Shown one piece after another: positions 1 to 8,283 of a stretch of 64,000 nt of DNA (position 1 is its first letter; each line of letters opens with the position of its first letter). The DNA is from Candidatus Omnitrophota bacterium (lineage in GTDB: Bacteria > Omnitrophota > Gorgyraeia > Zapsychrales > JAHFFX01), in contig JAHFFY010000001.1 of NCBI GenBank assembly GCA_023247705.1, positions 33,358 to 97,357 on the forward strand, given 5' to 3'. Position numbers and translations under genes: made by a program. The notes under the pieces are model-generated. The model made no database searches and had not been told where the DNA came from. It worked only from the letters and a program-made list of their open reading frames with translations.

Positions 1-1971
1 CTTCTTGTGAGCGGGAAAAAAGATGTTTTTATCGCGGGGGCGGATATTAAAGAAATTGAAAAGATCACGCAAACCAACGAAGGTGAAGACAAGGCGCAGG
101 CTGGTCAAAAAGTGTTTAACAAGCTCGAAGATTTAAAAGTCCCAACCATTGCGGTCATCAATGGGGTGGCGCTCGGTGGAGGATGCGAATTGGCCCTGGC
201 CTGCCGTTATCGCATCGGGACCTTCAATCCGAAGGTCAGGATTGGTTTGCCCGAAGTCAATTTAGGGATACTTCCCGGATTTGGAGGCACCTATCGTTTG
301 CCCAAAACGATTGGACTTTCTGAGGCTTTAAAAATTATTTTAGCCGGGAAGGTTATATCGGGAATGGAGGCTTACAAGATCGGCCTCCTTGATCGATTGT
401 TTCCGCAAGTTGGAATCCATGAGCAGCTTTTAAAATTTATCGACGAGATCCTTTCTTCAAAGAAAACAAAAAGAAATCAATCCCGGAAAGGATTCCTCAA
501 TGCATTTCTTGAGAAAAATCCTTTGGGCCGGGCGATTCTTTTCGACCAAACACGCCGCATGGTTTTGCAAACCACGAAAGGATTTTATCCGGCACCGCTG
601 AAAGCCTTGGAGGTGATTAAAAATAATTTTGGATTGAACCGCAACCAGGCCTTAAAAGCGGAAGCCAAAGGATTCAGCGAGCTGGTGATTGGATCGATCT
701 CCAAAAATTTGGTTAAGGTTTTTTATTTAACCGAAAAATTCAAGAAATATATGCCGCCGGGAACCGAAAATATTTTGCCTAAGCGCATTGATCAATGCGC
801 GGTGATCGGGGCCGGTGTCATGGGCGGTGGGATCGCGCAGCTTTTGACCCAGAAAGGTGTTTGGGTCCGCATGAAAGATATTGATTATAAATTAATCGGC
901 AATGGATTGAAGACCGCAGAAAAAATTTACAAAGAAGCGGTAAAAAAGCGAAAGCTCAAGCCCCACGAAGTGAAACGCAAAATGGCCCAAATCACAACCT
1001 CGATCGATTATTCCGGATTTAAGAGTGTCGACATGGTGATTGAGGCGGTCGTTGAAAATCTCGAGATAAAAAATAAAATTTTTAAGGAATTCAGCAATGA
1101 AGTCTCTGATAATGTGATTTTATGCACCAACACTTCGTCGTTACCGGTCAGTGCGATGGCGCAGGCGACCCGTCATCCAGCCAACGTCGTTGGCTTTCAT
1201 TTTTTCAATCCGGTTCATCGCATGCCTTTGATTGAGGTGATTAAAACTCCGTTTACTTCTGCTGAGACATTGGCGACCGCCTTTCAGTTTGCCCGACGGT
1301 TAGATAAAACCCCGATTTTGGTCAATGATTCTGCGGGTTTTTTGATCAACCGCATTTTACTTATTTATATCAACGAAGCCGGCCGGCTTTTAGAAGAAGG
1401 ATGGAAGATTCAAACGATCGATCAGATCATGACGGATTTCGGTATGCCGATGGGACCATTGACCTTGTCTGATGAGGTTGGACTTGATGTGGGGATCAAA
1501 GTGTTGCATATCCTGGAACAAAGTTTTGGAGCCCGTTTTAAAGCGGCCCAGATTTTTGAAAGGGTTTACAGCAATGGTCTTCTGGGCAAGAAGATGGGAA
1601 AAGGATTTTATATCCACCCCATGGAAAGTCGACGTAGCAAGATTTTAAAGAGAATAGCGAATAAAGAAATTGAGAAAATTTTAGGGACTCGTTCTGCGCA
1701 GGTTCTCGATCATGACGAGGCCCGCAAGCGCATGTTGTATTTGATGGTGAATGAAGCGGCGATGTGCTTGGAAGAAAAGATCGTAGAAGATGTCGATACG
1801 GTTGATCTGGGGATGATTATGGGCACTGGATTTCCTCCTTTCCAAGGCGGATTGATCCGGTACGCTCAAGAGATCGGGATCGACAAGATCATTGAGGATC
1901 TGAACACTTTTCAAGACAAATTTAAATCGGACCGCTTTAAACTCTGTGCGCATCTCGCAAATTTAGCATAA
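1..1971 (+). CDS. Fused enoyl-CoA hydratase / 3-hydroxyacyl-CoA dehydrogenase (FadB/FadJ-like), N-terminus cut by window edge
   Basis: The frame is open from nt 1, so the track start at 7 is an internal GTG. Crotonase-fold motifs FIAGADIKE and GGGCELALAC are followed by Rossmann GAGVMGGGIA and a 3-hydroxyacyl-CoA dehydrogenase-type FHFFNP. Stop is at 1969-1971. Confidence 0.85.
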   Translation, partial: LLVSGKKDVFIAGADIKEIEKITQTNEGEDKAQAGQKVFNKLEDLKVPTIAVINGVALGGGCELALACRYRIGTFNPKVRIGLPEVNLGILPGFGGTYRLPKTIGLSEALKIILAGKVISGMEAYKIGLLDRLFPQVGIHEQLLKFIDEILSSKKTKRNQSRKGFLNAFLEKNPLGRAILFDQTRRMVLQTTKGFYPAPLKALEVIKNNFGLNRNQALKAEAKGFSELVIGSISKNLVKVFYLTEKFKKYMPPGTENILPKRIDQCAVIGAGVMGGGIAQLLTQKGVWVRMKDIDYKLIGNGLKTAEKIYKEAVKKRKLKPHEVKRKMAQITTSIDYSGFKSVDMVIEAVVENLEIKNKIFKEFSNEVSDNVILCTNTSSLPVSAMAQATRHPANVVGFHFFNPVHRMPLIEVIKTPFTSAETLATAFQFARRLDKTPILVNDSAGFLINRILLIYINEAGRLLEEGWKIQTIDQIMTDFGMPMGPLTLSDEVGLDVGIKVLHILEQSFGARFKAAQIFERVYSNGLLGKKMGKGFYIHPMESRRSKILKRIANKEIEKILGTRSAQVLDHDEARKRMLYLMVNEAAMCLEEKIVEDVDTVDLGMIMGTGFPPFQGGLIRYAQEIGIDKIIEDLNTFQDKFKSDRFKLCAHLANLA

Positions 1972-1981
1972 AGGATCGAAT

Positions 1982-2533
1982 ATGTTGAAAAAAAAATTAT
2001 TGAAAAAGAAAAGTTGTATAAGACTCATTTTGTTACTCGTGATGCTGATTTCTGTATGCATCCGCTGCGGTTCTAACGGAAATTTTAAAGTTTATCAAAA
2101 TTCGAATTATCGTATAAAAATAAAATATCCTAAAAATTGGACATTACAAGAGAATCGGGATGGGGCGGTCGTTGTTTTTATGGCACCGCGGGAAGTGCCC
2201 GTTGATGTCTTTCAAGAAAACGTGAATATCGTGGTCCAGGATTTATCCGGTCAAGTCATCACCCTGCAGCAATACACCGCCACCGCGATCAATCAATTGA
2301 CCAGAGTTTTTAAAAGCGTCAAGATCCTTGATTCAGGCCCAACCTATTGGGGTGGAAAACCAGCGCATAAGGTGGAGTATATCATGCAAGCGAATGTCTC
2401 GTTGCGATTGATGCATATCTGGATGATCAAAGGGAAAAAAGCGTATCAATTTACCTTTGCCGCTGACGCCGACCGCTATGATGAATACATGGAAACCGTC
2501 CAGACCATGATCAATTCTTTTCAGGTGAATTGA
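1982..2533 (+). CDS. Exported or membrane-anchored protein of unknown function (PsbP/DcrB-like fold suspected)
   Basis: A K-rich N-terminus is followed by the hydrophobic segment LILLLVMLISVCI. The mature part resembles small bacterial PsbP/DcrB-type domains. Function was assigned by eye only. Confidence 0.4.
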   Translation: MLKKKLLKKKSCIRLILLLVMLISVCIRCGSNGNFKVYQNSNYRIKIKYPKNWTLQENRDGAVVVFMAPREVPVDVFQENVNIVVQDLSGQVITLQQYTATAINQLTRVFKSVKILDSGPTYWGGKPAHKVEYIMQANVSLRLMHIWMIKGKKAYQFTFAADADRYDEYMETVQTMINSFQVN

Positions 2534-2538
2534 TTCGC

Positions 2539-3597
2539 ATGAATCCACATTTCGCATTGCCTCAGAAAGTAAAACCATCCTGTTCGGTTTTTGGAGAGTG
2601 CGGCGGGTGTCTTTATCAGGACATTCCTTACACGGAAGAATTGAGATTAAAAGAAACGAACCTGCAAAATCTTTTTCGCTCTCAGCTCAAGCTGAATGAC
2701 GATTGCTTTGAACAAATTCTTCCTTCGCCGCAAGAATATGCGTATCGTAATCGTCTCGATTTGAAGTTGCTTAGAACCAAACAGGGAGAGATTGTGATGG
2801 GATTTTCTCCAACGGGACGCTATCGTGTGGTTCAAGTCGATTCCTGCCCGATTGCCCGGCAAGAGATCTCGGAGTTTCTGCCGGAATTAAAAAAACAGGC
2901 GATCACGAAGCTGACCGGGAAGTACCGCGTCGCAAATCTGGTGGTGCGTTCCGGAGACGAAAAAAATGTTTCCTGGGGAGGGATCGGCCGGAATTCTTTG
3001 CAATTACAATCGGGACGTTATTTCTGGACCGAGCTTGCAGGGAAAAAAATATTCTACTCATTGGATACATTTTTTCAGGCGAACCTTTCGATTCTTCCGC
3101 TGGTGATGGAAAGGATCAGAAAGCTCAGGATTTGGGACAAGAAGACTGTTTTGTTTGATCTATATGGCGGGGTCGGACTATTTTCCGTTGTTTTAGCCGA
3201 TCAGGTCAAAAAAGTAATTTTGATCGAAGAATCGATTGCCTCTTTGCAAGTCGCCCACTTTAATAAGCATTATCATAACTTGGATCAACTCGAAATTATC
3301 CCGGGGAAGGTTGAAGATCGACTGGAAGCTTTTTTGGAAAAAGAATTTCACAATATTATTTTTATCGATCCTCCGCGCTGCGGAGTAAGTCCTACGGTTC
3401 TGGAAATCTTAAAGAAGTTAAATCATCTGCACTGCTTGCTTTATTTATCCTGTGATCCGCAGTCGCTGGTTCGGGATCTGAAAGGTTTCTTAAAAGAGCG
3501 CTGGCAGATTATAAGAGTATTTCCTTTTGATTTTTTTCCTAAAACAAAGCATGTTGAAACCTTAGTCATTTTAAGTAAAACAAAGGTGGAGGTTTAG
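2539..3597 (+). CDS. Class I SAM-dependent RNA (uracil-5)-methyltransferase, RlmD/TrmA family, without TRAM domain
   Basis: N-terminal Cys cluster CSVFGECGGC plus a later DSCP resembles the RumA-type Fe-S ligand pattern. SAM-binding DLYGGVGLF, DPPRCG and LYLSCDP are present. ATG 2539 is preferred over TTG 2530. Confidence 0.75.
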   Translation: MNPHFALPQKVKPSCSVFGECGGCLYQDIPYTEELRLKETNLQNLFRSQLKLNDDCFEQILPSPQEYAYRNRLDLKLLRTKQGEIVMGFSPTGRYRVVQVDSCPIARQEISEFLPELKKQAITKLTGKYRVANLVVRSGDEKNVSWGGIGRNSLQLQSGRYFWTELAGKKIFYSLDTFFQANLSILPLVMERIRKLRIWDKKTVLFDLYGGVGLFSVVLADQVKKVILIEESIASLQVAHFNKHYHNLDQLEIIPGKVEDRLEAFLEKEFHNIIFIDPPRCGVSPTVLEILKKLNHLHCLLYLSCDPQSLVRDLKGFLKERWQIIRVFPFDFFPKTKHVETLVILSKTKVEV

Positions 3598-3598
3598 A

Positions 3599-3892
3599 AT
3601 GAAAGCGGATAAAATTCCCTACGAGAAACAGATTTTTGTTTGCACCAACGATAAGAAAGGTGAAAAACCCAGTTGTGGCGATCATAAGGGGGAGGAAATT
3701 TTTACCGAATTACGAAAAATCGCTAAAGACCGCGGCCTTCATCCCCGAATTCGTGTCGCTCAGGCCAAATGCCTCGGACAATGCAATATGGGCGTTAATA
3801 TGATGGTTTATCCGGACAATGTCTGGCACAACGGGATTCGTTTGGAAGACATTGGCACGATTGCAGAGAAATATTTGCCTCAAGGGAAATAG
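3599..3892 (+). CDS. Thioredoxin-like [2Fe-2S] ferredoxin domain protein
   Basis: Cys pattern VCTN..SCGD...KCLGQCNMG is typical of the small (2Fe-2S) ferredoxin family. GGAGG lies 7 nt upstream of the ATG. Confidence 0.7.
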   Translation: MKADKIPYEKQIFVCTNDKKGEKPSCGDHKGEEIFTELRKIAKDRGLHPRIRVAQAKCLGQCNMGVNMMVYPDNVWHNGIRLEDIGTIAEKYLPQGK

Positions 3893-3930
3893 AAGAGTTC
3901 AATCATAAAAAATAAAAATAGAACACAGCA

Positions 3931-3958
3931 TTGATTTTTACGATTAACACTTTATAAT
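3931..3958 (+). promoter_or_regulatory. Candidate sigma-70 promoter (TTGATT-N16-TATAAT) for the acyl-CoA dehydrogenase gene
   Basis: TTGATT is at 3931-3936 and TATAAT at 3953-3958, in the 177-nt intergenic gap. Confidence 0.4.
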
Positions 3959-4069
3959 CTTAATTGACAAACTTCCTTCTTTAAACAATTAAGAAAAACT
4001 CAATAGACTTCTCGCTATTCAACTTTGTCTTGGGCAAGGAAAAGACCACTAAAACGAAGAGGAGAACGC

Positions 4070-5929
4070 ATGAGTTTGTTTGATAAGAATATCAGTCAGG
4101 AAAAACGCGAATCGTTGGAGTTAGCGGAAGCTTCGCGCGAAAGCGAATGGCGATATCCCAGTTTTGCTTTAAAACTTTTTCACGGTGTTCTTGATTGGTC
4201 GTTGATCCATCCTTTTCCCATTCAGTCCGAACAAGACCGCAAAGAAGGCGACGAATACTTAGCGCAATTAAAGAAATTTTTAAAAGAAAATCTGGATCCC
4301 GATGAAGTCGATCGAACAGGAATAATCCCGCCCCAGGTGATCGATGGTCTCGCCAAGCTCAAGGCCTTTGCGATTAAAATTCCGAAAGAATACGGCGGTT
4401 TGGGTTTTAGTCAGACAAATTATTGCCGGGCGATCCATTTGGTTGCGAGTTTTTGCGGATCAACGGCTGTGTTGCTTTCGGCGCATCAAAGCATTGGCGT
4501 TCCGCAGCCTTTAAAACTTTTTGGAACCGAAGAACAAAAGAAAAAATATTTCCCGCGATTTGCCCAAGGGACGATCTCGGCATTCGCTTTGACCGAACCG
4601 GAGGCCGGTTCCGATCCCCGCCGGATGACGACCACTGCGACTCCGATCGAAGGCGGAAAACATTTTCTGCTCAATGGAGATAAATTATGGTGTACCAACG
4701 GATTGATTGCCGGTGTCATTGTGGTGATGGCTGTGACACCGCCCAAAATCATTAAAGGCAAAGAACAAAAGCAAATCACCGCTTTTATTGTTGAAACCAA
4801 TTCTCCGGGCTTTGAAATTGTTCATCGTTGTCAATTTCTGGGATTGCATGGCATCCAAAATGGACTGTTGCGTTTTAAAAATGTCAAAGTCCCTCGAGAG
4901 AATATTATTTTGGGTGAGGGAGAAGGATTGAAGTTGGCTTTAACCACGTTGAATACCGGCCGGTTGACTCTTCCGGCGGCCTCAACCGGAATCGCGAAAT
5001 GGTGCTTGCATGTAGCACGACAATGGTCCGTTAAACGAAAACAATGGGGCGCGGCCATCGGGGAACATGAGAGCATCGGATTGAAGCTCGGTTATATCGC
5101 CAGCCATACGTTTGCGATGGACGCGATGAGCTGGCTGACCTCCGCCATGGCGGATGATAAAAATAAAGATATTCGTCTGGAAGCCGCGATCGCTAAATAT
5201 TTTTGCACGCTGCATGCCTGGAAGATCGTGGATGAAACCATGCAGATCCGGGGAGGGCAGGGCTACGAACAATCGTCTTCACTGCGTTCCCGCGGGGCGG
5301 ATTATTATCCGGTTGAACGCGTTTTAAGAGACACCCGGATTAATCTTATCATTGAAGGGACATCGGAGATCATGCATCTTTTTATCGCTCGAGAAGCGCT
5401 GGATCCTCATTTGAGCCGATTTAAGAAACTCATTGATCCGCATGTACAACTCCCCGCGAGAATAAAAACATTTTTGTCCGTTGGCATGTATTATGTGCAA
5501 TGGTATTTGAAATTGCTTTTGCCTAATCACTTTTCTTCGAATCTCACCAGTTTGCCGGAGATTTTGGTGGAACACATGATCTATGTGCAGAATTCAAGTA
5601 AGCGTTTGGCCAGAACCACTTTTCATCAGATGATCAAATATCAGCAAAAACTCGAAGCGAAGCAAAGTGTCCTGAACCGCGTTGTTGAGATCGGAACGGA
5701 TTTGCTCGCAATGAGCGCAACCTGCTCCTATGCGAATCATCTCGTTAAAAATTCTAAACATACCCAAGGGACGATTGATTTGGCAGATTTATTCTGCCGG
5801 GAAGCAAGAAAACGGATTGAATTGAATTTTAAGGAAAATTGCCAGAATACCGACCGCAAAAATATTGCTGTTGCGCATCGGGTGATGGCCCAAGAAATCG
5901 AATGGCTCGAGAGCGATATTATAAAATAG
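4070..5929 (+). CDS. Acyl-CoA dehydrogenase, long form with C-terminal helical extension
   Basis: ACAD motifs FALTEPEAGSD, LWCTNG and IRGGQGY are present. GGAG at 4061-4064 lies 5 nt before ATG 4070. The TTG 4025 start in the track adds a basic leader with no SD. Confidence 0.8.
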   Translation: MSLFDKNISQEKRESLELAEASRESEWRYPSFALKLFHGVLDWSLIHPFPIQSEQDRKEGDEYLAQLKKFLKENLDPDEVDRTGIIPPQVIDGLAKLKAFAIKIPKEYGGLGFSQTNYCRAIHLVASFCGSTAVLLSAHQSIGVPQPLKLFGTEEQKKKYFPRFAQGTISAFALTEPEAGSDPRRMTTTATPIEGGKHFLLNGDKLWCTNGLIAGVIVVMAVTPPKIIKGKEQKQITAFIVETNSPGFEIVHRCQFLGLHGIQNGLLRFKNVKVPRENIILGEGEGLKLALTTLNTGRLTLPAASTGIAKWCLHVARQWSVKRKQWGAAIGEHESIGLKLGYIASHTFAMDAMSWLTSAMADDKNKDIRLEAAIAKYFCTLHAWKIVDETMQIRGGQGYEQSSSLRSRGADYYPVERVLRDTRINLIIEGTSEIMHLFIAREALDPHLSRFKKLIDPHVQLPARIKTFLSVGMYYVQWYLKLLLPNHFSSNLTSLPEILVEHMIYVQNSSKRLARTTFHQMIKYQQKLEAKQSVLNRVVEIGTDLLAMSATCSYANHLVKNSKHTQGTIDLADLFCREARKRIELNFKENCQNTDRKNIAVAHRVMAQEIEWLESDIIK

Positions 5930-5942
5930 AGCGGTATCTCCC

Positions 5943-8030
5943 ATGGAATCTCCGATAAACGGTCTCTCCAAGATCATCAATAAATTTTCGATCATCAAGC
6001 AAATTCCGATTTTTAATAATCTCAATTGGTTTCAATTGCACATGATCAGCCAAAAAAGTGTTCTTCAGGAATACCATAAGGGAGATTTTATTTATAAAGA
6101 GGAAAGTCCTGCGGATGGTTTTTATTGTTTGATCTCGGGAAGATTGCAGGCGTATAACATGAAATCATCCGGGCGCAAAGACAACCTGGAGCTTATTCTC
6201 CGCGGAACTCATTTCGGAATTACCTCGCTTTTTACCGGAGAGAATCATTCTTTAACCGTTGAAGCGGTGAACGATTCGATCATCCTGAAGATTACGCGGG
6301 ATGATTTTTTGTTGCTCTTGAAGATGATTCCCAAACTGGCCATCGAACTCAACCGGAGCTTATCCCAGCGTGTCAGAAATAAAAAACTCAACGCCCAATC
6401 CATTTTTAACAGTTCGATTATTTCCGTTTACAGTCCTGTCAAGGGGACCGGCAGTTCCACGTACGCGCTGAATCTCGCGATTAACCTTGAACGCGAAACC
6501 AAACGAAAGGTTATTTTAGTCAATATTAGTTCCAATCTTTCGGATGAACAGTCGTTGATTTTCAAGGTCCCGGACGCCTCGCCTCATTGGAAGATCCCGG
6601 GGATCAGGATTCAGGAGACGGTGGGCGATCATCAGAAAATTATCCAGAGCGTGATTAAAGGGCATCTTAATGTCGATCTGTTGCATGTTGTTTTTAACCC
6701 TACGAACAAAAATTTAGTCGACCTGATCAGCCAGTTTGTCAGTGCGTTGATCAACGATTATTATTATCTCGTTGTTGATCTTCCCAATAATATGGATGAT
6801 GTTGTCTTGCAGACATTGACTCAATCGGACTTGATCCACTTGATCACTCTAAACCGGATGGAAGATCTGAAGCTCACAAATCAGGTGATTCATGATCTGC
6901 AAACAAAGTTAAAAGACCGTTTTATTAAGGAAAACGTTCAAGTCATGATCAGCAGTTTAGATCGTTCGGAAAACCGTTTAGTCCATCACGAGATCGATAA
7001 CGTTTTAGATTTTAAGGTCTCAGACGTATTACCGTTTATTCCCCCTGAGGATTTGAGAAATCCAGTGATCACGGATGCGATCGCTGTCATCACTCCGGGA
7101 CTTGATAGTGAATATACCAAGACCTTGGCCAGAATTTCGCGGAAAATCGGAGGGATTTTAATCGGCTTAGTCTTGGGCGGTGGGGCGGCTTTAGGATTAG
7201 CTCACATCGGCGTTATCAAGGTCCTGGAGCGGGAAAATATCCCCATTGATATTGTGGTGGGAAGCAGCATGGGTGCATTAATTGCCGCTCTCTGGACGAT
7301 TGGCAATAATTCCGAACATCTAGAAATATTTGCGCGGGAATTTGAGAAAAAACAGAATGGATTGAAATTATTCGATCCTGTTTTTCCAAGGACTGGCTTT
7401 ATCGGTGGACGCCTGATCAAATTGTGGTTGAAAAAGCATCTCGGAGATAAGACGTTTTATGATACAAAAGTCTCTTTGAAAATCGTCAGCTATGATCTGA
7501 TCAGACGAGAGGAACAAATTTTGGACCAAGGCAGTTTAGTCGATGCGGTTAGGGAAAGCGTTGCGATCCCGGGTGTTATCGAACCTGTCTTTCGTGGTGG
7601 AAAGATGATTATTGATGGAGGAGTTTTGAATCCTTTGCCGACCAATGTATTGACCACCCTTGGAATTAAAAAAATCATTGCGATCAATGTCCTGCAATCA
7701 CCGGCGGATGTTTCGAAAGGCTATGATCTTCATCAGGAAAAAGCGCAGCTAGAACATCAAATTCCGTTCATGAAATCGCCGTTAGTCTTTTTGGGTGTTC
7801 GGATCTCTAAAGTTTTCAGCGCCAATATCCCGGATATTATTATCCGGACTCTTCAAGCCTCTGAATATGTCATCGCTGAGCAAAGCGCCAACCAGGCCGA
7901 TGTGCTTATTCATCCGAATCTGGTCGGCATTAACTGGTTTGAATTGTATCAGGTCGATCAGCTAATTCAAAGCGGAGAAGACGCGACGTTGCAAAAAATT
8001 GGAGAAATTAAGAGATTGATCCGGGAATAA
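5943..8030 (+). CDS. Three-module protein: cyclic-nucleotide-binding domain + degenerate ParA/MinD-like domain + patatin-like phospholipase
   Basis: The N-terminus has a CAP-effector-type cNMP domain (GDFIYKEESPADGFYCLISGRLQ..RGTHFG). The middle carries a ParA/MinD-like layout with a deviant P-loop (ISVYSPVKGTGSST) and a Walker-B-like YLVVDLP. The C-terminus is patatin-like (GGGAALG, GSSMG nucleophile elbow, DGG Asp). Confidence 0.75.
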   Translation: MESPINGLSKIINKFSIIKQIPIFNNLNWFQLHMISQKSVLQEYHKGDFIYKEESPADGFYCLISGRLQAYNMKSSGRKDNLELILRGTHFGITSLFTGENHSLTVEAVNDSIILKITRDDFLLLLKMIPKLAIELNRSLSQRVRNKKLNAQSIFNSSIISVYSPVKGTGSSTYALNLAINLERETKRKVILVNISSNLSDEQSLIFKVPDASPHWKIPGIRIQETVGDHQKIIQSVIKGHLNVDLLHVVFNPTNKNLVDLISQFVSALINDYYYLVVDLPNNMDDVVLQTLTQSDLIHLITLNRMEDLKLTNQVIHDLQTKLKDRFIKENVQVMISSLDRSENRLVHHEIDNVLDFKVSDVLPFIPPEDLRNPVITDAIAVITPGLDSEYTKTLARISRKIGGILIGLVLGGGAALGLAHIGVIKVLERENIPIDIVVGSSMGALIAALWTIGNNSEHLEIFAREFEKKQNGLKLFDPVFPRTGFIGGRLIKLWLKKHLGDKTFYDTKVSLKIVSYDLIRREEQILDQGSLVDAVRESVAIPGVIEPVFRGGKMIIDGGVLNPLPTNVLTTLGIKKIIAINVLQSPADVSKGYDLHQEKAQLEHQIPFMKSPLVFLGVRISKVFSANIPDIIIRTLQASEYVIAEQSANQADVLIHPNLVGINWFELYQVDQLIQSGEDATLQKIGEIKRLIRE

Positions 8031-8133
8031 CAAACCCGTTACTTACCCCAACCGTCCCATCACATTTTATTTTATAACATTCTGTTTTGTTCCCCTCCTG
8101 ACCATTAAATAATCATGTAAATTTATTTATAAA

Positions 8134-8143
8134 TTGATATAAT
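8134..8143 (+). promoter_or_regulatory. Candidate extended -10 promoter (TGaTATAAT) upstream of the tetrapyrrole cluster
   Basis: TGATATAAT is at 8134-8143 in the 250-nt intergenic region. The -35 is poor (ATGTAA). The implied leader is about 130 nt. Confidence 0.35.
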
Positions 8144-8283
8144 ATCACCTCCTCGAGTTTTGCCTCAAATTCCTGTTCAATCTGAAAGATTTTTTGGAAT
8201 GATTCTGAACATGTGTATTCGGCCCGGGGCAAACGGCTTTGTAGGAGATGTGGTTTTTAGCTTACTCCAAGAGATCATGTTTT

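Noticed and set aside
4025-4069. The TTG 4025 start for the acyl-CoA dehydrogenase.
   Set aside because: It has no SD, whereas ATG 4070 has GGAG 5 nt upstream. The extra 15 residues are a basic, non-conserved-looking leader.
5943-8030. The cNMP-binding patatin protein as a CBASS/Pycsar-type anti-phage effector.
   Set aside because: There is no adjacent cyclase or nucleotidyltransferase and no other defence genes. The neighbours are beta-oxidation and heme genes. The cNMP + patatin architecture is a known housekeeping NTE-like family.
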